A DNA stretch of 64,000 bases from Euryarchaeota archaeon UBA62 (GTDB lineage Archaea > Thermoplasmatota > Poseidoniia > Poseidoniales > Thalassarchaeaceae), in assembly GCA_002502095.1 (NCBI GenBank), contig DAPJ01000028.1, positions 37,387 to 101,386 on the forward strand. The letters are read 5' to 3'. The position numbers and the translations under genes were made by a program. Under the pieces are notes generated by a model. That model made no database searches. It had not been told where the DNA came from and saw nothing but the letters and a program-made list of their open reading frames with translations. Position 1 is the first letter of the stretch. Each line of letters opens with the position of its first letter. This document shows, piece after piece, positions 10,889 through 23,000 of this stretch.

Positions 10889-10906
10889 AATTGCAATTCA
10901 ATTGCA
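10889..10906. promoter_or_regulatory. Candidate operator: perfect inverted repeat TGCAATT-C-AATTGCA with an AATTGCA direct repeat, in a divergent promoter region
   Basis: Read directly from the sequence between the HD hydrolase and RHH genes. Function is inferred. Confidence 0.35.
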
Positions 10907-10966
10907 TTTCATTTGAGATACAATTAATACCCCCCTCCCCTTTCGACGGTCTAGAAGGTAGCCAGT

Positions 10967-11335
10967 ATGTCCGGTCACAGCCCAATGGTTTCGCTGAGAA
11001 TACCCGAAGATCATCTTCTGGAGCTAGATCAATTAGTAGGGCTGGATGGAATGAGAAATCGTTCCGATGTTATTCGAACGGCGGTTAGAAAATACCTCAC
11101 TGATGAGCATCACATTAGTGGAGACAGGGTAGAAGTTAACCTGGGACCAGATCTAAGTTCTAGGATGGAAGATTTCTGTAAGTTGCATGGTGAAAAACCT
11201 GACTCAGTTTTGAGGCAGGCGGCCAGGGAACATATCAGGAACGTTACTCTTGAAGATACTAAGGTTACAGATTTAATTAACTCTAGAATGAATGAACTTA
11301 GGGAAAGAAGTAATGATGATTCAAACGCTATATGA
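10967..11335 (+). CDS. Ribbon-helix-helix (CopG/MetJ/NikR-like) DNA-binding protein, apparently two tandem RHH units
   Basis: VSLRIPEDHLLELDQLV..NRSDVIRTAVRKYL and a second unit RVEVNLGPDL..PDSVLRQAAREHI. Confidence 0.82.
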   Translation: MSGHSPMVSLRIPEDHLLELDQLVGLDGMRNRSDVIRTAVRKYLTDEHHISGDRVEVNLGPDLSSRMEDFCKLHGEKPDSVLRQAAREHIRNVTLEDTKVTDLINSRMNELRERSNDDSNAI

Positions 11336-11520
11336 GGTGGCGAGGGAAATGTGTGAGGATGGGATGCACGGAACCACCGCGGGGGGGCCTGATGGCCCCC
11401 TCGCACCCAAATATAACGGTCTAAGTGGACTCAGAGATAGGGCCATGAAAGCTCTAGGAAACGGTTTCTAGTAATCAATGTCTACCCAATCTTCTTGGCC
11501 GTCCTTTTCACGGTAAAGGT

Positions 11521-13518
11521 ATGAGTGAGCATGCCGTGCGTAATTCTGGAATATTTTTCGCTCATAAAGTAGCCAGAAAATCTCAGTTCGAGATGATTTC
11601 AGATGGAATTGATACTCTTACCGAGGGAGGATTCCTCCTAGCAGCCGCCCCGACTGGAATCGGAAAAACAGCGGCTGCACTAGCTTCAGCTCTCCAAGCC
11701 TCATTTGATAATAATATGGCTACTGAAAAACCTAAGATTATTTTCATGACGGGGAGGCAGTCTCAACATAGAATCGTAGTCGATACTGTTCGTCAGATTA
11801 ACTCTAGAATACCAGATGGGATTCGAAAAATATCACTGGTAGATATTATCGGCAGGGAAGGGATGTGCGAATACGTAGATCGTTCTACTGGAAAATGTAG
11901 TTGCGAAGGGGACGTAGTTGAGGAAACTCGTAAGGCTAGACGCTCAGACCTGAGAAAGAAGTTACTTGAACAGCCTCGACATGTTGACTGGAATGTAAAA
12001 TATGGCAGATCTAGAAAGGTTTGCTCTTGGGCCACTGCCAGAATGGCTGCAGGACACGCTGACATTCTTGTATGCGACTACAATCATGTTTTCGTAGAAG
12101 GGGTGAGAGAGGCATCCCTACCTGCGATGGGCATTGAATTGGAAAACTCGATTCTAATTGTAGATGAGGCTCACAACCTACCGGACAGGATTAGGAGTGG
12201 ATTGGAGAGGAGGGTTACCGATGATGTTTTCAGAAGGGCGCTGGATAATATAGAGGAATATAAGGGAAATTTAGAGAAGATTGATTCTGAACTAGACTTA
12301 CCCGAATCAGGACAGCTTCGAGATGTGAGGCAACTGGAAATGCAGGTTAAGTCGCTCCAAGCCCCTATGATCAATTGGTTGGAAAAAAAGAAGAAGGAGA
12401 ACGAGGCAACCAAAGGAGATGATATGAGAGTATCTACTCAAGATTTCCTAGATGTATTCTCCAAGGCAACTGAAGGAGTACTTGAGGATGATGAGGGTGA
12501 CGATATATCTAGAATTTTGTTGATGGTTAGGCGATTATTCTCAGTGACAATAGACGAGGAAGAAGATTCGGATGACGAGGAGCAGAATGATTGTACCAGA
12601 ATAGCTGAGATGCTAGAAATTTGTATAAGGTTCAGAAACAGTTCCGCTTTGTCTTTGGTATTTGATGAGCTTCTCGATATCCCACGTATTACATGCCACC
12701 TTCTTGACCCGAGTGTAGTGGGAAAATCGGTGTTTGAGAGTTGTCGTGGTTCGATTCTGATGTCTGGGACGCTCTTCCCTCCTATGATGTATTCAGAGAT
12801 ACTAGGTATACCTGCGAAGAGGACTGTATCTAAGATATATTCATCGGACTTTCCAGTTGAAAATAGGCCGGTGCTAATCGCAAGTGATGTTACTAGTAAG
12901 TTCACTGAGCGTGAAAGAAGTATCCCGATAATAGGGCAACATGTCAGAGCAGTTATTGAGAATACAAATGGGAATGTAGCTATCTTCGCACCCAGCTATT
13001 CTATGATGGAAAGAATACATTCAGATTTCGTAAATTTAGGATGGAGTAGTAAAAAAATTCTCAAGGAAGAGCAAAGAATGAGTAAAGGGGGCGTAGAATC
13101 TATGATTTCAAAGCTCTATGAACAGAAAGAAATGGGAGGAGCTGTAATCTTTGGAGTTCTTAATGGTAAGCTTTCAGAGGGTGTTGACTATTCAGATAAC
13201 GTCCTGGATTCATTAGTTTGTATAGGACTTCCACTTCCTCCTCCTAGTTCCAAACAGGATTCATTGATAGATTACTTTACTAAGAAATTTGATAGAAATA
13301 GAGCTTGGAAGTATGCCAGCCTTCAACCTGCCGTTAATAGTGTTCTTCAAGCCCTAGGAAGACCGATAAGGAAGAAGGAAGATAGAGCAATAATTGTATT
13401 ATTAGAGAGTCGAATATTAGAGCGCAGGGTGAGTGATTGTATGCCTCCAATGATGAAGATCCAAACCTCAAGTCCCTCCAGAACTGCAGAGAGAGTTAAG
13501 GCATTCTTTGAGATCTAG
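11521..13518 (+). CDS. xpd: XPD/Rad3/DinG-family Fe-S DNA helicase
   Basis: APTGIGKT, four Cys (MCEY, CSC, VCSW), DEAHNL, SGTL, SEGVD, QALGRPIR. Confidence 0.9.
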   Translation: MSEHAVRNSGIFFAHKVARKSQFEMISDGIDTLTEGGFLLAAAPTGIGKTAAALASALQASFDNNMATEKPKIIFMTGRQSQHRIVVDTVRQINSRIPDGIRKISLVDIIGREGMCEYVDRSTGKCSCEGDVVEETRKARRSDLRKKLLEQPRHVDWNVKYGRSRKVCSWATARMAAGHADILVCDYNHVFVEGVREASLPAMGIELENSILIVDEAHNLPDRIRSGLERRVTDDVFRRALDNIEEYKGNLEKIDSELDLPESGQLRDVRQLEMQVKSLQAPMINWLEKKKKENEATKGDDMRVSTQDFLDVFSKATEGVLEDDEGDDISRILLMVRRLFSVTIDEEEDSDDEEQNDCTRIAEMLEICIRFRNSSALSLVFDELLDIPRITCHLLDPSVVGKSVFESCRGSILMSGTLFPPMMYSEILGIPAKRTVSKIYSSDFPVENRPVLIASDVTSKFTERERSIPIIGQHVRAVIENTNGNVAIFAPSYSMMERIHSDFVNLGWSSKKILKEEQRMSKGGVESMISKLYEQKEMGGAVIFGVLNGKLSEGVDYSDNVLDSLVCIGLPLPPPSSKQDSLIDYFTKKFDRNRAWKYASLQPAVNSVLQALGRPIRKKEDRAIIVLLESRILERRVSDCMPPMMKIQTSSPSRTAERVKAFFEI

Positions 13519-14032
13519 TGAGCAATGGGTTCATGCCAGACCGTCTCTTCCGAAGGTCATGGAATGGGTCAAAGTTTCGATAGGGGAAAAGGATAGTGAC
13601 GTTCCTAAGATGCCTACACTTTCAGGATCATACGATGGCTTGGACTCTGATGCCTCGTCCTCGCATCAAAAATTCTTTACAAATATTCCTCACATGACAG
13701 AAGTGATTGAAAATCATGAAAGGTCTACAGGAAAAGTATTGCTTCCCGGGAATGACTCAATGGGCGGTTATGAATCGATTAAATCATTTGAAGAGAGAGT
13801 CACTGTAATCGGTGCTGAGTCTCTGGGGGATGGATTACAGATACCTCTATCTAAATCTGTCAGAGAAGAGGTGCTTCTTCAAGAGGCAACTACTGAATCA
13901 GGGCAGTTAATCAGATTGGTTGCTCCGGAAAAATTTGGAGGCAGGGTAGAGTCATTCAAGCTACCAACTGGAACTACCTTGAATGAGGCTTTCTGGGATG
14001 GAGATAGGTTGAAAATCACCTTCAACTACTAA
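13508..14032 (+). CDS. Hypothetical protein; the C-terminus resembles an HSP20-like beta-sandwich
   Basis: 174-aa ORF overlapping the helicase stop. C-terminal FKLP..LNEAFWDGDRLKITF. Confidence 0.55.
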   Translation: MRSSEQWVHARPSLPKVMEWVKVSIGEKDSDVPKMPTLSGSYDGLDSDASSSHQKFFTNIPHMTEVIENHERSTGKVLLPGNDSMGGYESIKSFEERVTVIGAESLGDGLQIPLSKSVREEVLLQEATTESGQLIRLVAPEKFGGRVESFKLPTGTTLNEAFWDGDRLKITFNY

Positions 14033-17000
14033 TCCTCGATTATTTTTCCTTTGGACCTTAGTGGAACTTCCTCTAATTGATCAATTTCTTGTAATACCGA
14101 GTTAAGAGCCATTTGCGCACTTTCCCTATGTTGGTTTCCTAGAACGTGACTTGAGTACCTCGCTTCTTCGAATATCCTATCAAGGGATAGTAACGCCTGT
14201 TCGCTTATTGGAAGTGCGCTTCTGATTGCCATTTCGAATTCTCTTACGGTTTCGAAATCTCTTCTGAGGAATCCTCTGCTCATTAGTATCTTACAAAGTC
14301 CTTCATAGCAATTGAATATCGCTTCCCTAACTTCGTCTCCAGCCGCTAGAAGTTCTGCAGTGTAGCTAAAGACACCAGCCAATTCATCAATAGCGGCCTT
14401 CTTTCTATTTCTTATGGTGACTACTAGAGCGGAAACTCCGATCATAAATACGACCAGAAGAATTGATATTATTGCCGGCCTCAGTAGGGAGTCGGAAGCT
14501 TCTGCTTGATAGTTTATGTTGACCTCACTAAACTGGGCAAGTTGAGTTGCATTGACTGGGTCAATAATATCCGAGTCAGAGCTAAACTCAATTTTCAACT
14601 CGCCCCAGAAATCCCTATCCCAAAATGAGTGGTCATCATGGAATGATTCGAACTGATAGTTGAAAATTCCATTCATATCAGTCATCCCAACGACGGTAAA
14701 GAGAGTATCCGTATCATTAGTTAGTCTGGCAGTAATTGAGACTCCCTCAACAGGAGGGGCACGATTATCATCAGAAGCAGTTACGTTGATTTTTCCAGAA
14801 ATCTTAGACTGTCCTCTTTCGATGAAGATTTTATCGGGAATGAATTCGAAGTCTACACTAACTAGAATCTGTAGATCAAATTCAATTGATGCCCCATTCA
14901 GGAACCTCTCAGCATCTGGTTCAACATCAATTGTGAAGATAGAATTACCAGGAGGCATGTATGTCTTTGCATTGGAAGTAATCAGGAACTGTCCTGTAGC
15001 TTGATCCCATGAAATAATTGCATTGGGCTCAAGAGATCCCTCCCACAGGAGTGACATTTCCATCTCTTCCATAGTATTTCCGTCTCCCCCAATTTCTAGT
15101 ACTCTGCCTCTGACCCTGATTGGCCTAGATTCATCGCTTCTAACTACCTCATCAGAGATTAGGAGTATTTCCACATTGATATCCGCTCTTGAGAAAACAG
15201 TAGTATTTGTTGAATCGGATAGATATAGTTCCTCTCCGTAGAAATTGACTGAAACTAGGTGAGCTCCGCGAGATATAGAGTATCCTAGTTCGTGCGTGAA
15301 TGAGAAAGTCCCATCCGCTCCAGTAGTCACCACTAGTATCTCAATGCCATCCAATAGGAATGAGACCTCCCTATTCTCTAATCCAGGGGTACCGGGAGTA
15401 TCAGAATCATATAGCCTTCCAGAGAAGTTCCACGTACCGCCCCTAGTTGCTACACTATTCTCGACATTCAGGGTAATCGTAGTATGATACGCAATTGTGA
15501 GATTTGTTTCTACAGAGGTCTGACGATAGTAACCTTGGTCAGGAGATATTACAGTTACAGGGTGGACTCCCACATCGAGGAATTCGGAGACTACCCAAGA
15601 AAGATGCCAACTACCATCTTCTTCGGTCACTGTAGTCCCTATCAATATACCATCAACAAATATCTGTAGTGAGTGATTTGAAAGCCAACCATCGGGAAGA
15701 TTATCCCTGACGTTCCCCCTTAGATTCAGTACGTCTCCAACCGCGACTGGCATTGGATCTTCCACGGTCAGGGTTGTTGGAGAGAACACAGTGAATATTG
15801 TTGTTGAGTTTGAGCCAAGAATAAATTCCTCTCCCTGGAATAATAACGTAACTTCCCTTGGTCCGAGAAGCATATCGGAAGGAACGGGGAAGAATAGGCT
15901 GAATGAGCCGTTTCCATCTACATTGAGTGATGTCAGCATTTGACCATTCATGTAAGCTTCAAGGGCCCTATTTGGAAGAGGTCTTCCGGCTCCATCGGTT
16001 AAAATTCCTTCAATCAGCAAGAGTTCATTTCTATCTATTTCTCCCTGAGGAGTAGTTAGGACCACCTGTGAAGTCTGCGTTACATTGAATGGAGAGGTAA
16101 TGATTGAAGATAGGTAATACTCTGGATTCAGCGAGTCTCCTTGCCCCATTGGATCCACCCATGTAAAGCCACCTAGGAACTCAATACTGAATGTATGCTG
16201 ACCATAGTCCATGTCAAGTGGAAGATCGTATGTGATTTGCCATGTCCCAGATGTGGAGTTTGAAACGTCAATATACAGTGGACCTACATCGATTCCATCT
16301 ATGTAAAGATGGACAACTCCCCCCTTTGGAGAACCGTCCTCTACTAAGGGTAATCCGCGCTCATCTAAGAGAGTGCCACTGAATATCACACGCTCCCCTG
16401 CTACGGCAGAGCCAGAGATATTCGACACTTCTATGACAGTTGGAGCCAGGATGATTATCCTAGTCCATGTTTGGTCTCCGGATAAGCCAGTAGTTCCATT
16501 GATTCCATCAAAAACTGCCGTCACAGTCATCGGACCTGGAACTCTATTTGGGTCCGTTGACAGGTTTGTATTAATTAGGCCATTTGAATCTGTAAATCCT
16601 GACCAAGTCTCGATTCCATCCACTAGGATTTTGACTTCCACATTACCAACATTTTCTCCAGCATTGTCCATTATCGAAATATTGAGATTTAATGGGTCTC
16701 CTCTGATAGTTCTTGCATCGGGATCCAAATCGGTTGGATCAATGATAGAAATCATTGAGAAGCCCCTACTATCGAAGGTTCCATTGCTCGAGCTTGAGCT
16801 GTAGTAGTTTACAGTGGGCGTGTAAGTTGCCGAGATGTTGTGAGTCCCTCTCGGGAATGTCATATCCAAGAAAATCCTGGCTGACCAACTACCGTTAGAA
16901 TCAACAGCTCCACCAGATACTGAGAATCCAGTAGAAACATTATCGATCATGAAGGTAAGACTCGGCGAGAGTGGATTTCCTGACCTATCAACAATTCCGC

Positions 17001-20000
17001 TACCGTTACTCGAAGTTAGATTTCCAGATACATCAAGGAAATCACCTGCAGTCGGGTTGGCGGTGATGGGACTAAATGATATAGAGGTCGGAGATCTAAC
17101 AATGATCGTGTTAATGTACGTGAATGAAGTATGCAGAGTCTCAGTTCCATTCGATCCATTAAACATGAGCATGACTGAAATCGCCCCCAAAGGATGAGAG
17201 TGCGGGACATCGAATGAGAAATTTACGTATCCACCAGAATTGGAAGAAATCTCAGATGTCATCCAGGTATCATGGAATTTGGCGGATACGTTCATTCCGG
17301 CGATTTCTCTATCATTATTAGATGACTCTGCGAGCTTGGCCCCGAAGGAAACCGAGGACCCTCGATCCACTATTGTATTTATCAGTGGGACCCGATCAAT
17401 GAATTGAACAACCCCCCTTACCAAAATTGAATCAGAACCTGTCCCAGTCAAGTAGAAAGGACTACTCCCATTTTCAACGCTAACTACGACCGTCTTGAGT
17501 CCGTTTGAAACCCCGTCTCCTAATGGATCGGTCGGTACAGAAATTGAAAATGTCCCATTAGGAGAAGTTGCGAAACCGGTTACTAGCTTCTCACTAGGAT
17601 CATTGAGGAAGAATATCTCTATTGAGACTGGTCCACTAACTGTCCTATTGATGTCGAAGGAATCCATTACTTTACCTGTTACTAGGAATGACTGCCCTGC
17701 AGTTACTTCGGGAAGAGGGGAGTTATCTATCCGGACGTTGCTAACAACCTGAACTGTCAGGTTCATGTAGCTCTCATTGGCAAGCCATCTGCCTGCATCT
17801 TGAGATTCTAGTGAGTCGGTTAAGTCGTCTGGAGCCAGGATAAGAACGTCATAGTACCCAGGAGGAGCATCGCTGGGTATCGTTGACTGGAATTCAACAA
17901 CACCATCATTTCCAGTGACAGAGGTATTCAATAACTGCTGAAGAGGACCACCCCAATCGAAGTATATTTCCACAGTAGCGTTAGATAGCCTCTCGTTGCT
18001 CTCAATATCCCTGACTGTAGCTGAAGCGGACAGATTTTCTCCTGCGACCACTATTGCGCTAGTATTGGTAGATTGAACATCGAACATTGTCTGTATCCCA
18101 ATATCGAGAGAGTTTTCGGTAGCAGGATCGAAGAAGTAGGGTATTCCGCCCGGTGAGTTCTTTTCGAAGTCTAAGACCAGAATCGCCTGATATACTCCAG
18201 AGCCAATCCCACTAGGCATCGAGAACGATATGTTGTATTCTCCAGTGGTAGTATCTAACCACTCTGATCCCAATGTATACCTATCTGGAGGAAGAGGGTT
18301 GCCATCTGGTCCAGCAGGTAGGCTTGATGGGACATCCAAGAACAGGGAGACAGAGGTATTGTTGCCTAAGACAGTGGAATTCAAATCGGAATCGATTACT
18401 GATCCTGAGATCCATGTAGTGTTGCCCATTGGTACCCACTCGGTACCAAGATTGAAAATCGGCGAAGCCCTACCTTGAATCCTGACATTGTCGGTTGTTT
18501 GGTTAGGACTAATCCAAGTAGAACCATTGTAGCTCAATACCCAAGGATAGTCACCTGCAGGAGTTGTCAACGATGGAGACCAAGAAGGTACTATTTTGGG
18601 AACATCCGGATCCGAGATATTCCAAACTTCGGTTTCATTGACAGACAGGGAGAAGAAGCCTGGGAAGGTGGTGATTTCTGCTCCAGTGTGATCGGATAGG
18701 GAGACTAAGATATCAGATGTGGATCCTTTAGGGGCTGGAATCATAGTGTAATTGAACACGATGTAGCTCTTTATGCCATGTTGGTCAACTACAGTGGTTT
18801 CATCCTTTGCGAAAAGCTGATCGGCCAGATATTGATACCTTATCTCAACAAGTCCCGCGGGAATAGGGACATCAGAATCAAGGAAAGTCCAATTCACGGC
18901 GAATTGTCCAGGATTAGAGAGCCAGTCACTATCATTAAGATACCAGGAGTTGAGGGTCTGGAAAGGAGCATTAGTACCAGATCTCCTCATCTGTAATGTC
19001 AATGTCCCATTCAGAGACTCTGGGATCTCAGATTTGCTGAGGGCGGTACCGTTGAGGTAAATTCTGTTATTAATCTCAAGTACTGTATTGTTCAATCCCT
19101 GACCTTCAAGTGAAACAGTCAGGTTTGGAGCCTGTGTAAGATTCAGATTGATTGTTTCTGAGTATGGCCTGATGTGGAAAACAGGACCAGATGCATTGTT
19201 TAGATCGAACTGATGCCAACCGGTGTAATCAAGTGTGGCTGGAATAAGTCCTTCTTGCTCGCTTTCGTTGATAGAAACTGTGAACTCGAAATATCCCCCT
19301 GGTCCGATACTGGATATCAGGCTGACTGGACCATCTTGAGAAGTAGTATAATTCATCAGTATCTGCATGCTATCAATAAGCGAAATATCATTGTAAGGTA
19401 TATTCTCGAGAGAGACTGAACCAGTAATGGTAGTATTGACACCTATTCCTATTTTTGGCTCTGTGATTGGCCGAGGCTCACTTAAAGAGAGGGTGATATC
19501 ATCGGTAATATTTACGTTCCAACCTGAGAAAATACCTTGTGAGCCCACATAATCAAGTGTCTTAGTCATTATAACCAATGAGGAATTTCCCGGATTAACC
19601 GCTTCAGTGGGCATACCCGTGATATTGAATGAGCCATTGGAGTCAGTTACAGCCGTGCCTACAAGATGCTGAGAAACTGCCGCCAAGCCTGGTATTTGAT
19701 TGGTCATATTTGATTCAACGAGATACATCTCAACGCCTACTCCTGCGACGGATGTCTGATTATCTGTGAACCTTAGAGTGCCGTTCATCCATATCGACTG
19801 GCCAGATAGGTCTCTGTCCAACCATAGTGGGCCCCAAGACTCATCTGTTACCTCAACTAGTGACATTGCAGGACAGGCCTCGAATGGAATCCATCCCAAA
19901 TCTGCATTTCCAAGATTTTGGTTTGTTTGTAAGTGAACCTCTACCCACGAAGAGAAGTCTTTTCCATAAACCTCGAAAGCTTCACCGTTCCAATAACCTC

Positions 20001-23000
20001 CAGAGAACCCCGTTACCTTCCTCACAGGGATATCAGCAGTTCTTAGCATGACGGCAAAGAGCGAAGTAAATTGGTCACAGCTTCCCTCAAATGAATTATT
20101 GAGAATCCAATATGCCATATCAGACTCTTCTCCTAAACCAGTTATTTCCCCTAATGATGGAATATTGGTTCCATTGTTATTTCTCAGGAATGTAATTGTG
20201 TCATTACCTTCTGTGATGAAGTCAGCTATGGCAGATACTTTATCCCATGCCGATAACGCTCCGGATTCATTGATTATCGATTGTGTTATTCCGGAGACGA
20301 ATTCATTCATATTGCCCCTTGAAGTAAAGATTGGAGGAAGATCTGTAGCATAGTCAGATCCAGTAAACACAGTAGAGTTATCTCTGATTGCCTGAGTGAT
20401 GTTTACTTGTGGAGTAGTGATAAACATTGTATCAATCGGAGAACTGTCTACGATTATATCCCTTGTGAAATTAGAAAAATTCAGCCCTGCAGTTGGATCA
20501 GTCCAACCTGTGAAATTTACCGTATTGTGGGGCAGAATAAGCTCCTCCCCGATATCAGCCACTCCCGGTCCTCTGTAACTAATCTCCCAGCCCATTAGGG
20601 TTGAGTTATCCCAGAATTGCTGATCTGAGACCCCTTGTGTAGTAGAGAATCCGGGCACCATTTCAGTATTGCCTACAAGAGAGGTATTTACGCCCCATGA
20701 TATCCCAGTGTATTGATCGTACGTGTGCCATCTCCAGTAAATTGTATTCTCAGGGTTTAGTATAGATGATTGATTTGTGGCATAGAGGTAAATGGAATTA
20801 GGGGAAATATCATCTGACGGATCCCAGGGATTGTTCGGAGAGTCTTCACACTGGCCGTCCCAGTAGTCCGAGGTACACTCCTGTCCGTCTGGGACACCCC
20901 CTCCATCAGTATCGGGATCTCTCCAGTCAGTTCCAGTAGAGTTTTCGATTGTATCTGGGATTCCATCTCCATCCGTGTCTACCGGATTTCTATCATCATT
21001 AGGGTTATCTTGAGGATTTGTACCATCAATATATTCTTGGAAATCTGTCACACCTCCATTATCGGTATCTGACAAATTCCACAGGGTGAAGTAAGTATCG
21101 TTAGTGAAGTTCCCCCCCATGCCAGGAAACAATACTACGCATCCTGTTGTATTTTCAAAGTAATTATTCAATCCATCCCCATCGGAGTCAAGTAGGTTTT
21201 CACACGGGTCCAGAGGGTCAGTACCGTTTAGGATTTCATCTAAATCCTCTACTCCGTCCGAATCGGTATCCACAAGATTTGGATTGGTGGGGAATCCCCA
21301 TGTGGACAGGTACTCTTCCCAGTCGGCGAGTCCGTCACCATCTGAATCGGAGTAATCATCGTCACAAATTGGATCATTAACTGCCCCTACAGTAGCATCC
21401 CAACACCACGAAAAGTTAGTGAAGAGGACTGTGGAAGTATTGGCCGGCAGGTCAACGTTAACGCTTCTTAGTACGTCTGAATCTATACTTTCATATCTGA
21501 ACTCTACTAGAGTCCCATTAGATTGAACATAATACGCCATTGGAGCATCTGTCTGTCTCCAATCCAGAGGTGATTGATCCAATTCAGAAGTCGAGTTGAG
21601 AGTCAGAGAAGATGTGACTGCATCCCAACCAACTATTTGGAGAGTAAGTTCCTCTTCTGATAAGCAGGGATCAGAGTTATGGAAAGGTAGAATCTCATCA
21701 CCGTCGGATACCCCTCCACCATCTGTATCGAAAACGTTCCAAAGTGTGCATGTCATATTCTCCTCCCAATTTTGAATACCATCCCCATCAAAATCTCCTG
21801 CATCCTCTATCCTAGTTGGATCAGTTTCGTTCATATCCACTATGCCATTGCCATTGAGATCCTCCTCCCCATCGTCAAATTGATCCCCGTCTGTATTGTT
21901 ATTCCTAGGGTCGCTAGCTTGTGGCGGATCTCCATACTGACCATTGACCTCAACTCCATCTTCTATGCCATCAGAGTCAGTATCGACAGAGGTAGGGTCT
22001 GTTAAGAGAATTAATGCCTCATACGAGTCATTAAGTCCGTCTCCATCAGTATCGTTTGACTGAGGATCAGTGGACGTAATGCCATCTACCTCCGCAGTTA
22101 GAAATTGACATCCCCCTGGTCCCAGTGACAATACCGGATTACAAGGCGATTCGGTTGCAGTCATGGCTAGTGGACCGGGTCTGAAATACTGAGTAGGAGG
22201 AGTTGTAGAGCCATTTCTAGTCCCCCAAGCCGGATTGACATATTCCTTCAGATTGATTAGTCCATCGCCATCTGGATCCCCAAATGTACCATCCATATTA
22301 CTGTTAGATGTCGGATCTAATCCATTAGCGGCTTCCCATCCATCGGGCATTCCATCTCCATCAGTGTCCCATCCATCTGGGTCCTCGTCGGCGATACCAT
22401 CCCCGTCATCATCATCACTAGAGCAGTTAGCATCACCATCCCCATCTCCATCAAAGTTATCCACCATTCCATCTTTATCGTCGTCAAATGTGTTGAAGCA
22501 AATATTTCCCCTAGGATCTTCATCTGCACCATCAGAATTTAGACCTTGAATGAGTTGCATGGCACTTTCTTCATCCCAATCCCTGACTGGAACGGTTCCA
22601 TTCCACCATACTCCATTATCTAGAACGTTTGGAGTAGATGGCAAATCCCAGCCAGAGGGCATAGAGTATTGATACTCATTGAGATTGGTAAATGCATCTC
22701 CATCCGGATCTCCAGTAGATCCATTATCTCCGTTTTGAGATAGAGGATTTAGTCCATACTGCCACTCCCACCCGTCTGGAAGTCCGTCGTTATCAGAGTC
22801 CCAGTCTTGAGGTTGTGTATTGATGTAGAATTCGAGACCGTAGGATAGTCCGTCTCCATCCTGATCTGAAGACGCTAAAGCCTCCCAAGCACTGAACTCC
22901 AACGCAGAATAGGAAGACAGTAGCATCAAGAGTGAGAATGTAATTGCTGAGCGGTGTTTTCTGGCCGACTTCGCATCTTTTGAAAGATTCACAATAGAGC

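Noticed and set aside
9508..13518. HD hydrolase + RHH + helicase as an antiviral or toxin-antitoxin system
   Set aside because: All resemble housekeeping archaeal families (SAMHD1-like HD, XPD). There is no toxin, nuclease or defence-island context.
20800..22870. Repeated CCATC/GTC-rich DNA as a CRISPR array or tandem repeat
   Set aside because: The repeats are degenerate, in frame and encode DxDxDG motifs. There is no constant repeat-spacer period.
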